Assembly (NCBI GenBank): GCA_964599725.1
Contig: CAZRGT010000053.1
Span: 5,680 to 69,679 of the forward strand
Length of the DNA stretch: 64,000 nt
Direction: 5' to 3'
Source of the DNA: an uncultured Gemmatimonadaceae bacterium
GTDB taxonomy: Bacteria; Gemmatimonadota; Gemmatimonadetes; Gemmatimonadales; GWC2-71-9
Shown here piece by piece: positions 36,170-45,618 of this stretch (its first letter is position 1; each line of letters starts with the position of its first letter). The notes under the pieces were generated by a model. That model saw only the letters and a program-made list of their open reading frames with translations. It had not been told where the DNA came from and did not search any database. The position numbers were made by a program, and so were the translations under genes.

Positions 36170-39100
36170 ATGCCCGTCGACTTCCTCCATCTCCATGTCC
36201 ATTCCGCGTTCTCGCTCATCGGTGGCGGCATCGGCGCGTCGTCGCTCGAAGCCCTGGCGGAAGCGGCGCTCGAGCGCGGTATGGCGACGCTCGCGCTCAC
36301 GGACACGAACGGGGTGTATGGCGCCATGGACTTCCGTCGCGTGACACGCGCCTACGGGCTCCGGGCGGTCTACGGTGTGTCGCTCGAAACGGCGACGGAG
36401 CGGGCGGTGCTGCTGCCGCTGGATGCCGGTGGCTGGGCGGCGATGTGTCGGGTGATTACGGCGCGGCATTGCGAGAGTGACTTCGCCATCAGCCATCAGC
36501 TATCAGCTGATCGCAGCGGTTTGGTGGTTCTGTCGAGCGACACAAACCTCCTCGAAGAACTAGCGCGGGAGTCAGGGACCGAGAACCTCTACGTTGAGCT
36601 GGTGCCCGGCCGCGGACGCGAGCGCGCCCTGGCGTTCGCGCGCGCGCGCGGGTTGCCGCCGGTCGCCACCAACGCCGTGCGGTTCGCCCATCCGCAGGAT
36701 CACGCGCGTCAGCGGTTGCTCGCCGCCATCACCACGAACGCGACGCTGTCGACTATTCCTCCGGACGCGGTGGGGCCGCGGGACGCCTGGCTCAAGCCGG
36801 TCCAGGAAATCGCCCGGCTCTTCCCCGACTGTCCCGAAGCGCTCGACAACGCCGCGGCGCTGGCCGAGCGCTGTCGCGGCGAGCCGCCCGATGGGCGGGT
36901 GATCCTCCCGGCGAGCCATGGCGGGGAAGCGCTCGCCAGGTTACGGGAGCTCACCGAGCTGGGAGCAAAACATCGCTATGGCGGCGAGACGCCGTCGCCC
37001 GTCGTACGGCAACGGATCGAGCACGAGCTCGCGATCATCGCCCTGAAGGGGTTCGCCGACTACTTCCTCGTCGTGCACGACATCGTGTCGCACGCGCCCA
37101 CGCACTGTGGTCGCGGCAGCGTCGCCAACTCGATCGTCAGTTACTGCCTGAATCTCACGCACGTGGACCCGCTCGCGCAGGGGCTCGTGTTCGAGCGGTT
37201 TCTCAATCCGGGCCGCAAGGATCCGCCGGACGCCGACCTCGATTTCCCGTGGGACGAGCGTGACGCGGCGCTCGAATACGTGTTCCGGAAATACGACGGC
37301 GGGCGCTCCGCGATGGTCGCGAACCACGTCACCTTCCAGCGGCGCGCGGCGTTACGGGAAGTGGCCAAAGTCTACGGGCGACCGGCGAGCGAGATCAGCG
37401 CGGTGACCAAACGGATCCCGTGGTCGGAGGGCGGGCCGCTGCCCGGACTCCTGACGACGCATCCTAACTTCCAGTCGCTCGCCCTGGGCGGGGCATGGCC
37501 CGAGATCGCGCAGGCGGCCGAAGCGATCGTGGGACTGCCGCGCAACCTGTCGCTGCACCCGGGCGGCGTCGTGATCGTCCCCGATGTGCTGACCAACCAT
37601 GTCCCGGTCCAATACGCGGCGAAGCAGATCGACACCGGTCACGGCGTCCTCTCCGTGCCGACGATCCAGTTCGAGAAGGACGGCACCGAGGACGCCGGGC
37701 TCGTGAAGATCGATCTGCTGGGCAACCGCTCGCTCGCGGTGATCCGGGACGCGATCGCGGCGGTGCGCACGAACGAAGGCGTGACGATCGACTATACCTC
37801 GAGCCATCCGGCGGACGACGAAGCCACGAAGGCCGTGTTCCGCGCGGGCGATACCATGGGCGTGTTCTACACGGAATCGCCCGCCTCGCGGCTGTTGTGT
37901 CAGAAGAGCCGGTCCGACACGTTCGACCTGCTGGTCCTGAATACCAGCATCATTCGCCCCGCCTCGAACCACTACATCAACACCTATCTTGCGCGGCTGC
38001 ACGGAGCGCCTTACGAGCCGCCGCACCCGGTGTTGCGCGACGTGCTGGCCGAGACGTTCGGCGTGATGGTGTACCAGGAGGACGTGGTGAACGTGTGCGT
38101 GGCGCTCGCGGGGATGGACGTAGCGGACGCGGACGGCGTCCGCAAGGCGCTGACCAAGAAGCGGCCGATGAAAGAGCTGCGCGCTTACGAAGAGCAATTC
38201 CGTGCGGGCGCCGCGGGGCGGGGCGTCGACGCGAAGGTCACGGCCGAGGTGTGGTCGATGATCCTCTCCTTCTCCGGCTACTCGTTCTGCAAAGGGCATT
38301 CGGCGTCCTACATCCAGGTGGCGCTGCAGTCGGGCTACCTGCGGGCGCACCATCCGGCGGAATTCATCGCGGGGGTGCTCTCGAACGAGGGCGGCTATTA
38401 CGCGCCGTTCGTCTACATCGCCGAAGCACGGCGCATGGGGCTCACGATCCTGCCGCCCGACGTGAATGCGAGCGGCGTGCGCTACACGGGCCGGGCGCGT
38501 GAGCTGCGCATCGGGTTGATGGCGCTGAAAGGTCTCACGGCCACGGGGCTGGCGGCGCTCGTGGAGGAGCGAGCGCGGGGCGGTCCCTACGGCTCGCTCG
38601 ACGACCTGCGGCACCGCGCGGCGCTGGGGCCCGGCGACCTGCGCGTGCTGGTTCAGGCGGGGGCGTGCGATGGGATCGCGCGGGGAATGACGCGGCCACA
38701 AATGATGTGGCGCGTGGATGCGGATCCGCGGCGCGGCGTCGCGGCGCAGGGCGCACTGGGTTTCGAGCACGAGGGCGCGGCCCTGCTGCCGCCCCTCGTC
38801 GAGTATGACGCCGACCGCCAGCTGCGCGACGAATACGCGGTGCTCGGCTATCTCGCTTCGTGCCACCCGATGGCGCTCGTCGCCGACACGACGCGCGCCA
38901 TTCACCCGGTGCCGGCGACGGCGCTTCACGCGCACGTGGGGCAGCGCGTGACGTGCGTCGGAATGCTCACGACGGGAAAGCCGGTCCATACGATCAAGGA
39001 TGAGCCGATGGAGTTCGTCACCTTCGACGACGGCACGGGATTGATCGAGACGGTGATTTTTCCGGACGTCTATCGGAAAGTCGTCTCGCTGCTGTTCGGC

Positions 39101-39244
39101 ACGGGGCCGTACGTGATGCGGGGACGGGTGGAGGAATCCTACGGGGCGGTCACGCTGACCGTGACGGCGCTCGACCGGCTGGACCGGTACGCCCAGCGGC
39201 GTGGGCTGCCATGGCGACCCGTCGCCGCCCATGCTACGGTATGA
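36170..39244 (+). CDS. dnaE2: error-prone DNA polymerase III alpha-like subunit DnaE2 (ImuC)
   Basis: The PHP N-terminus is FLHLHVHSAFSL...LALTDTNGVYGA. The Pol III alpha core follows. The length is 1024 aa and the gene is paired with imuB. Confidence 0.92.
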   Translation: MPVDFLHLHVHSAFSLIGGGIGASSLEALAEAALERGMATLALTDTNGVYGAMDFRRVTRAYGLRAVYGVSLETATERAVLLPLDAGGWAAMCRVITARHCESDFAISHQLSADRSGLVVLSSDTNLLEELARESGTENLYVELVPGRGRERALAFARARGLPPVATNAVRFAHPQDHARQRLLAAITTNATLSTIPPDAVGPRDAWLKPVQEIARLFPDCPEALDNAAALAERCRGEPPDGRVILPASHGGEALARLRELTELGAKHRYGGETPSPVVRQRIEHELAIIALKGFADYFLVVHDIVSHAPTHCGRGSVANSIVSYCLNLTHVDPLAQGLVFERFLNPGRKDPPDADLDFPWDERDAALEYVFRKYDGGRSAMVANHVTFQRRAALREVAKVYGRPASEISAVTKRIPWSEGGPLPGLLTTHPNFQSLALGGAWPEIAQAAEAIVGLPRNLSLHPGGVVIVPDVLTNHVPVQYAAKQIDTGHGVLSVPTIQFEKDGTEDAGLVKIDLLGNRSLAVIRDAIAAVRTNEGVTIDYTSSHPADDEATKAVFRAGDTMGVFYTESPASRLLCQKSRSDTFDLLVLNTSIIRPASNHYINTYLARLHGAPYEPPHPVLRDVLAETFGVMVYQEDVVNVCVALAGMDVADADGVRKALTKKRPMKELRAYEEQFRAGAAGRGVDAKVTAEVWSMILSFSGYSFCKGHSASYIQVALQSGYLRAHHPAEFIAGVLSNEGGYYAPFVYIAEARRMGLTILPPDVNASGVRYTGRARELRIGLMALKGLTATGLAALVEERARGGPYGSLDDLRHRAALGPGDLRVLVQAGACDGIARGMTRPQMMWRVDADPRRGVAAQGALGFEHEGAALLPPLVEYDADRQLRDEYAVLGYLASCHPMALVADTTRAIHPVPATALHAHVGQRVTCVGMLTTGKPVHTIKDEPMEFVTFDDGTGLIETVIFPDVYRKVVSLLFGTGPYVMRGRVEESYGAVTLTVTALDRLDRYAQRRGLPWRPVAAHATV
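36487..36507 (+). repeat. heptanucleotide tandem repeat (CATCAGC, CATCAGC, TATCAGC) inside dnaE2
   Basis: Read directly from the sequence. It encodes AISHQLS, and a degenerate fourth unit TGATCGC follows. Confidence 0.85.
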
Positions 39245-40089
39245 GTGAACGGAGCCCCAATATGAATCAGCGCGAAAAAGCCGAGACCTTCCAACGCTTG
39301 CACGCCGGTCCCCGCGTGCTGCTGCTGCCGAACATCTGGGACGTGGTCAGCGCGCGGGTGGTGGAGCAGGCGGGGTTTCCCGCTCTCGCGACGTCGAGCG
39401 CCGCGGTCGCGTGGACACTCGGGCTTCCCGACGGCGAGCGGATCAGCCGGGAGGAGATGGCGGCAGCCGTGGCGCGGATCGTTTGGCATGTGTCCGTACC
39501 GGTCACGGCGGACATGGAAGCCGGATACGGTCGGCGACCTGAAGACGCCGCCGCGACAGCCCGGGCGGTCGTCGCCGCCGGCGCCGTGGGCATGAACCTG
39601 GAAGACGCCGCGGACGACGAGCTGTTCGACCAGGCCCTGCAGGTCGAACGCATCCAGGCGGCGAGCGAGGCGGCCACGGCGGCCGGCGTCCCGATCGTCA
39701 TCAACGCCCGCACCGATGTGTTTCTGAAGCAGATCGGCGAGCCCGTGAACCGCGTAGATCACGCGGTGCGGCGACTGAACGCCTATCGCGAAGCCGGGGC
39801 GGCGTGTCTCTTCGCCCCCGGGGTGAAGGACGCCGCCACGATCGGCGTGCTTGCGCGCGAGGTCCGCGGCCCGCTCAACATCCTCGGTGGGCCAGGGGCG
39901 CCGAGCGTTCCGGAGCTCGAGCGTCTCGGTGTGAGCCGCTTGAGCCTGGGTGCCGGCGTGATGCGGGCGGCCCTTGGGGCGGTGCGGCGTGTCGCGACGG
40001 AATTGGGCGGCGCAGGTACGTACACGGCGATGACCGACATCGCCCTCACCGACGACGTCAACCGCCTGGTGACGGAGAATCGCGGGTGA
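39241..40089 (+). CDS. isocitrate lyase/PEP mutase superfamily enzyme (2-methylisocitrate-lyase-like)
   Basis: KAETFQRLHAGPRVLLLPNIWDVVSARVVEQAGFPALATSSAAVA and VTADMEAGYG are family signatures. ATG 39241 overlaps the dnaE2 stop (ATGA). An alternative ATG at 39262 has a GGAG 9 nt upstream. Confidence 0.85.
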   Translation: MSERSPNMNQREKAETFQRLHAGPRVLLLPNIWDVVSARVVEQAGFPALATSSAAVAWTLGLPDGERISREEMAAAVARIVWHVSVPVTADMEAGYGRRPEDAAATARAVVAAGAVGMNLEDAADDELFDQALQVERIQAASEAATAAGVPIVINARTDVFLKQIGEPVNRVDHAVRRLNAYREAGAACLFAPGVKDAATIGVLAREVRGPLNILGGPGAPSVPELERLGVSRLSLGAGVMRAALGAVRRVATELGGAGTYTAMTDIALTDDVNRLVTENRG

Positions 40090-41060
40090 CCTCGGCGCGG
40101 CAGCAACCGGGGTTGTTCGATGCCGCTCTTCCGGCGCCCCGGATCGAACTGACGGACCTCGCCGAGCGCATCCCTGCGAATATCCGCTTCGGTACTTCCA
40201 CCTGGACCTACGACGGGTGGGCGGGCGACGTCTACCATCGTCCGTATCGGGGCGTCCAACCCGCCAAACGACTCGAGGAATACGGTCGCTATCCGCTGTT
40301 CCGCACGGTCGGTATCGACAGCGCGTTCTACGAACCGCTCACGGAAGAGACGCTCACCGCGTACGCCAAGGCTCTGCCACCGGGCTTCCCGTGCGTGAGC
40401 AAGGTGTGGGACCGGATCACGGCGCGGCGCTTGAATCAGGATCGCCGCTGGGGCAACTTGGCCGGCCAGCGCAACCCAAACTTCCTCGATGCCCAGTTGT
40501 TCAAGGACGCCGTGCTGCTCCCCTACAGTCGCGCGTTTCGGGATCACGCCGGTTGCTTCGTGTTCGAGTTTCAGGCGATGCGCGGCAAGGACCTCCCCGA
40601 CATTGGCGCCTGGGCCGAAGAGCTGCATGGCTTCTTCACTCAGCTGCCGACGGACTTCCGCTATGCCGTGGAGCTGCGTAACGCGGAGCTGCTACACGAT
40701 CTGCACGGAGCCGTGCTGCGGGAGCACGGCGTGGCCCACGTCTTCAACTCGTGGACCGAAATGCCGTCGATCGGCGCGCAGCTCGATCTCGAGTGGACAT
40801 TCCCCGCCGACTTCACCGTTGCCCGGGCGCTCTTGAAGCCGGGTCGGAAGTATGAAGAGGCCGTGAAGCGGTTCGAGCCCTACCAGCGCGTCCAGGACCC
40901 GGTGCCGGAATTGCGACATGACCTCCTGCGGCTCATGGCGGAAGCCGTGCGCCGCCGCATCGAGGCTTTGATCGTGGTGAACAACCGGGCGGAGGGCAAC
41001 GCGCCGGGGACGATTCGAGCGCTGGCGGAGGCGTTTGGTCAGAGCGGTAGCTCTTCCTGA
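40086..41060 (+). CDS. DUF72 (UPF0759) family protein
   Basis: IRFGTSTWTYDGWAGDVY...FRTVGIDSAFYEP is the typical DUF72 N-terminal signature. The GTG start overlaps the upstream stop (GTGA). Confidence 0.8.
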   Translation: MTSARQQPGLFDAALPAPRIELTDLAERIPANIRFGTSTWTYDGWAGDVYHRPYRGVQPAKRLEEYGRYPLFRTVGIDSAFYEPLTEETLTAYAKALPPGFPCVSKVWDRITARRLNQDRRWGNLAGQRNPNFLDAQLFKDAVLLPYSRAFRDHAGCFVFEFQAMRGKDLPDIGAWAEELHGFFTQLPTDFRYAVELRNAELLHDLHGAVLREHGVAHVFNSWTEMPSIGAQLDLEWTFPADFTVARALLKPGRKYEEAVKRFEPYQRVQDPVPELRHDLLRLMAEAVRRRIEALIVVNNRAEGNAPGTIRALAEAFGQSGSSS

Positions 41061-42130
41061 AGTCGCGGCCGACGTTTCTCGTAGCGATCCTGCATACCCC
41101 GGACGGGGAAGCCGTACTTCGCCTGCAGTCGTCGCACGCGGCGCGCGAGCGCGCGGGCGTACGCGCCCGGCGCGGCGCCCCGGCTGCCATATGCCTGCCG
41201 GTAGCGATTCGCCAGCTGGGGAAAGTGCTCATCCAGCACGGGCAGAAACCGGTCGCGGATGCCTGGATAGAGCCGTAGCGGGCTCGCGGTGAGGAACCGG
41301 GCGCCGGCTGCGCGCGCCGCGCGAAACAGCGCCTCGAGACGAGGAACGTCGTCCGTGATCCCGGGCAGCACCGGCGCCACGATCAGTCCCGCATTCACTC
41401 CGGCATCGGTCAGACGCTGCAGCGCGCGCAGTCGCACCGCCGGCATCGGGGAGCGCGCCTCGAGTGCCCGGATCAGCGCGACGTCCAGTGTGATCAACGA
41501 GACGTGCACCTCGAGGTCGTTGTGCCGCTGGATCTGGGCGAAGAGATCGGCGTCCCGCGCCACGAGCGAGCTTTTGGTGATGAGTCCGATCGACAACCCC
41601 TCGCACTGCGCCAACCGCGCCAGCACTGCGCGGGTCAGCCGGAAGCGCCGTTCAGCGGGCTGATACGGGTCGGTCGCGGTGCCGATGACGATGGTGTCGC
41701 GGGGTCGCTGGCGGACGCGCCGGAAGAACCTGCGCAGGTCCGATTCGAGCACCGACAGAATCTGCCGCTTGACGAAGATCCGTTGCTCGAACGCCTCCCA
41801 GCCGTGCTGACCCCGGAACTCGGCGAGCGCGGCGTCGGAGAGCTTTCCCGCATCGTGCGCGCGCTGCACCACAAACCGATGCGCGTAGCGCGCGTAGCAA
41901 TACGTGCACCCGAACTCGCAGCCGACGTACGGGTTGAGCGACCAGAAGTCCATACCGGTCTGCTCGGGGGAGTTGAGCACGGACCGCGGTTGGAGCGTGA
42001 CGAACTTCGTGCCGCGGAGACGCTCGTCCAGCAGCGGCAGGGCGGATCGACGGATCGGCGGATGGGCGGCTGGCAACGACAGCTGTCGACTGTCGCCGGA
42101 GAACGCCAGCGTATCGCTCGATCCGCCCAT
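41039..42130 (-). CDS. radical SAM protein, SplB/'DNA repair photolyase' (COG1533)-like
   Basis: The CxxxCxxC cluster motif occurs in LNPYVGCEFGCTYCYARY. The start is taken at MGGSSDTL (42130). The 3' end overlaps the DUF72 3' end convergently by 22 nt. Confidence 0.8.
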   Translation of the reverse strand: MGGSSDTLAFSGDSRQLSLPAAHPPIRRSALPLLDERLRGTKFVTLQPRSVLNSPEQTGMDFWSLNPYVGCEFGCTYCYARYAHRFVVQRAHDAGKLSDAALAEFRGQHGWEAFEQRIFVKRQILSVLESDLRRFFRRVRQRPRDTIVIGTATDPYQPAERRFRLTRAVLARLAQCEGLSIGLITKSSLVARDADLFAQIQRHNDLEVHVSLITLDVALIRALEARSPMPAVRLRALQRLTDAGVNAGLIVAPVLPGITDDVPRLEALFRAARAAGARFLTASPLRLYPGIRDRFLPVLDEHFPQLANRYRQAYGSRGAAPGAYARALARRVRRLQAKYGFPVRGMQDRYEKRRPRLQEELPL

Positions 42131-42153
42131 CCGGCTATCCGTCCATCCGCCCA

Positions 42154-42300
42154 CTAGCTGCACCGCGACCACCCGCACTGCGGGCACGACACGCAGCCGG
42201 ACTGTGGCGCGACGCTGCCGCCGCAATCTGGGCACCGACTGCCGGGTTGTGCGGGAGGGAAAAACTGCAGCGGGGAGGGTTGGGGATAATTGGGCGGCAT
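42154..42300 (-). CDS. small Cys-rich zinc-ribbon ORF (48 aa), hypothetical
   Basis: MPPNYPQPSPLQFFPPAQPGSRCPDCGGSVAPQSGCVSCPQCGWSRCS contains CxxC-N9-CxxCxxC. The ATG follows GGAG by 8 nt. The ORF ends 23 nt before the radical SAM start. Confidence 0.4.
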   Translation of the reverse strand: MPPNYPQPSPLQFFPPAQPGSRCPDCGGSVAPQSGCVSCPQCGWSRCS

Positions 42301-42423
42301 GAGAGCGTCTCCGAATGTTCGGTGTTTCTTCGGGTACGCCTTCAATATAGGCTCCTACCACTGCCCCGCAACAGAGCCTCAAGTCATTGTGGGACTTCCA
42401 GCTACGGCATTACGCCGACCAGC

Positions 42424-43842
42424 CTATGCTGCGACTCCGACGAACCGCCTCCAGATGAAGTACACCGGTACGCCGAGCGCAACGATGATGAGGCCAGGCC
42501 AGGTGTAGGTGGGCCTCTGGATGAGCAGGTTCACGCAGATGAGCCCGGTGAGCAGGATATAGACGCCGGGGAGCCACGGGTAGCCGGGAGCGCGCACCGG
42601 GCGCGGCAGGTCAGGCCGCTTCATCCGCAGCGCGAACAAACCGATGACGGTGAGCATGTAGAACAGCACGGCGGCGAAGATGATGTAGTCGAGTAGCTGA
42701 CCGTACGTGCCCGAGAGGCACAACAAGCAGGTCCATACCGCCTGGGCCACAAGCGCCACCGAAGGAGTGCGATGGGTGGGGTGCAGCACGCCGGCGGACT
42801 TGAAGAACAGAGCGTCGCGCGCCATGGCGTAGTAGACGCGCGCCCCCGCGAGAATCAAGCCGTTATTGCACCCGAAGGTCGAGATCATGATGGCCACGGC
42901 CATGATCTTGAGTCCGGGGTCGCCGAAGATTTGTTGCAGAGCCGCAGTGCCGACGGGGGGCCGGCCTTCGGTCCAGGTCTTGGCGATCACGTCCCCAGGC
43001 AGGACGTTGAGGTAGGCGACGTTCGCGAGGATGTAGAGGATCGTGACGAGGAGGACGCCGGCGGCCATGGCGAACGGGAGGTCTTTCTCCGGGTTCTTCA
43101 TTTCCCCGGAGGCGAATCCGACGTTGTTCCACGCGTCCATGGAGAACAGCGAGCCGACCATGGCGGCGCCGATCACGGGCAGCAGGGCGAGGGCGAATCC
43201 GTCCGCCGGCCAGAAGTTGGCCCCGAAGTTCGCCGCGATCGCATCGGCGTTCCGACCGATGGTGATGCCCAGCACGATCAGCACGACCAACGCGGCCGTC
43301 TTGACGGCGGTGAGGGTGGTCTGGATGACCGCGGCGGTACGCACGCCGCGCACGTTGATCCAGGTGAGCACGACGACCGAGAGGATGGCGAACAGGCGTT
43401 GCCAGGAGACGCCAAGGCTATAGCCGCCGACCTGGCCGCCGAGAAAAACCGTTTCGGTCAGGCTTGGGAACAGCACCGCCGTGAACCGAGCGAACGCGAC
43501 CGCCACGGCGGCGATCGTGGCGGTCTGGATGACGGTGAACAGGGTCCATCCATAGAGGAATCCGAACAGCGGGGAGATGCCCTCGCGCAGGTACACATAC
43601 TGGCCTCCCGCCTTGGGGAACATCGCCGCGAGCTCGCCATAGGTGATCGCACCCAGGAGCGTCACGAGGCCGGACACCGTCCAGACGAGAAGCAGGAGGC
43701 CCGGGGAGTGTACGTCCCGAGTGATCTGGCCGGACACGACGAAGATCCCCGAGCCGATCATCGAGCCGACAACCAGGGCCGTGGCGTCGAGACGGGAGAT
43801 CGCCTTGACGAACTCGGTCTGCGGTTGCTGCGTGGTCGCCAT
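42424..43842 (-). CDS. APC-superfamily amino-acid permease
   Basis: A 12-TM profile. The N-terminal LDATALVVGSMIGSGIFVVSG is the typical APC signature. Confidence 0.88.
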   Translation of the reverse strand: MATTQQPQTEFVKAISRLDATALVVGSMIGSGIFVVSGQITRDVHSPGLLLLVWTVSGLVTLLGAITYGELAAMFPKAGGQYVYLREGISPLFGFLYGWTLFTVIQTATIAAVAVAFARFTAVLFPSLTETVFLGGQVGGYSLGVSWQRLFAILSVVVLTWINVRGVRTAAVIQTTLTAVKTAALVVLIVLGITIGRNADAIAANFGANFWPADGFALALLPVIGAAMVGSLFSMDAWNNVGFASGEMKNPEKDLPFAMAAGVLLVTILYILANVAYLNVLPGDVIAKTWTEGRPPVGTAALQQIFGDPGLKIMAVAIMISTFGCNNGLILAGARVYYAMARDALFFKSAGVLHPTHRTPSVALVAQAVWTCLLCLSGTYGQLLDYIIFAAVLFYMLTVIGLFALRMKRPDLPRPVRAPGYPWLPGVYILLTGLICVNLLIQRPTYTWPGLIIVALGVPVYFIWRRFVGVAA

Positions 43843-43950
43843 CGCGCTGCGCTCCGGGAGCGAGGACAGGCCCTAACCTAGTGGCCGCCCGAAGGGACCG
43901 CTATGTTATGCGCCGGCCGGCGCGGCCGCTTCCACCCCAACGAGGTCACC

Positions 43951-44565
43951 GTGCGCCTCCTGCCCCGAGAGGAAGAGTTCTTCGACCTGTTCGTCGAGGT
44001 CGCCAAGCGAACCACCGAAGCCGCGGGTCGGCTGCGCGAGCTGTTCGACACGCCGCCGGAACGGCGCACGCCGATCGTCGAAGCGATCAAGCGACTCGAG
44101 CACGAGTGTGATCAGGTGACGCACGAGGTGGTCAACCGGCTGGACCGCACCTTCATCACGCCGCTCGACCGCGAGGACATTCACCAGCTCGCGTCGGACC
44201 TGGACGACGTGATGGACGCGATCGATGGTACGGCGCGCCGTGCACAAATTTTCCATCTCGGGGCCGCGCCCCAGGGGGTGAAGCAGCTCGCCGAGGTGAT
44301 CAGCCGGATGACCGCGGTCCTGGGAGAAGCGGTGGGTCGGCTCAAGAAGGGCGACGACGTGATGAAGTATTGTGTGGAAGCGAAGCAGCTGGAAGAAGAA
44401 GGCGACGCGATCTACCACGAGTCCTTGGGCCAGCTGTTCGAGAAAGAGACGAACGCGATCGAGCTGGTCAAGTGGAAGGAGATCTACGACAAACTCGAAG
44501 GCACGCTCGACCAGGCCGAGGACGTCGCCAACGTGGTCGAATCCATCACGCTGAAGCACGCCTGA
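43951..44565 (+). CDS. DUF47 (PhoU-like) phosphate-transport regulator partner of PiT
   Basis: A GTG start follows GAGG. (M)RLLPREEEFFDLFVEVA and ITPLDREDI are DUF47 signatures. The stop overlaps the PiT start. Confidence 0.85.
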   Translation: MRLLPREEEFFDLFVEVAKRTTEAAGRLRELFDTPPERRTPIVEAIKRLEHECDQVTHEVVNRLDRTFITPLDREDIHQLASDLDDVMDAIDGTARRAQIFHLGAAPQGVKQLAEVISRMTAVLGEAVGRLKKGDDVMKYCVEAKQLEEEGDAIYHESLGQLFEKETNAIELVKWKEIYDKLEGTLDQAEDVANVVESITLKHA

Positions 44566-45599
44566 TGGACGGCGCCGTCTGGTTCGTGCTCGCGATCGTA
44601 CTGGTCGCGCTCATCTTCGACTTCATCAACGGATTCCACGACGCGGCCAACTCGATCGCGACTGTCGTCTCGACCCGGGTGCTGTCTCCCAGCTTCGCCG
44701 TCGCGTGGGCCGCGTTCTTCAATTTCATCGCGGCCTTCGTGTTCTCGACCGCCGTCGCCAAAACGATCGCCAAGGGTGTCATCGATCCCGCCGTCGTCGA
44801 CTCGACAGTGATGCTCGGCGCCCTGGTCGGCGCTATCGCCTGGAACCTCATCACGTGGTACGGCGGCATTCCCTCGTCGTCCTCTCACGCCCTGATGGGG
44901 GGGCTGGCCGGGGCGGCCATCGCCAAGGCGGGCGTCACGGCCCTGGTGCTGCCGGGCAAGTGGGTGGCCACGATCTCGTTCATTTTCCTCGCCCCCATGC
45001 TGGGTCTTGTACTTGCGCTGCTGCTCACGGTGGCGCTCTCCTGGGCACTCCGTCGCGCCATGCCCCGGCGGGTGGATAAGGCCTTCCGAGTCTTACAGCT
45101 GGGCTCGGCCGCGGCCTTCTCGCTCGGGCACGGGGGCAACGACGCGCAAAAGACGATGGGGATCATCGTCGGCCTCCTCGTGGCCGAGCAGGAACGGTTC
45201 GTGAATTTCCCCATCCAGGCGTTTCATCGCACGTCCTACGAAGTGCCGCTCTGGATCATTCTCGCCGCGCATGCCGCGATCGCTTTCGGCACGATGGCGG
45301 GAGGCTGGCGCATCGTGAAGACGATGGGGCAGCGGCTGACCAAGCTGAAGCCGTTCGGCGGGTTTTGTGCCGAGACGAGCGGGGCGGCGCTCCTCTTCAT
45401 CTGCACCTACGCGGGCATTCCGGCGAGCACCACACACACGATCACCGGCGCGATCTCCGGCGTCGGCACGGCGCATCGGCTCACGGCGGTGCGCTGGCAG
45501 GTGGCTGGACGGATCGTCTGGGCTTGGATCCTGACCATCCCGGCCGCCGCGGGGATCGCGGGACTGACCTACATCGTGCTGCACGCGGTGAATCCCTGA
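44565..45599 (+). CDS. inorganic phosphate transporter, PiT family
   Basis: FDFINGFHDAANSIATVVSTR and GGNDAQKTMGI are the duplicated PiT signatures. Confidence 0.92.
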   Translation: MDGAVWFVLAIVLVALIFDFINGFHDAANSIATVVSTRVLSPSFAVAWAAFFNFIAAFVFSTAVAKTIAKGVIDPAVVDSTVMLGALVGAIAWNLITWYGGIPSSSSHALMGGLAGAAIAKAGVTALVLPGKWVATISFIFLAPMLGLVLALLLTVALSWALRRAMPRRVDKAFRVLQLGSAAAFSLGHGGNDAQKTMGIIVGLLVAEQERFVNFPIQAFHRTSYEVPLWIILAAHAAIAFGTMAGGWRIVKTMGQRLTKLKPFGGFCAETSGAALLFICTYAGIPASTTHTITGAISGVGTAHRLTAVRWQVAGRIVWAWILTIPAAAGIAGLTYIVLHAVNP

Positions 45600-45618
45600 C
45601 CGATGCCGGTGGCAGATC

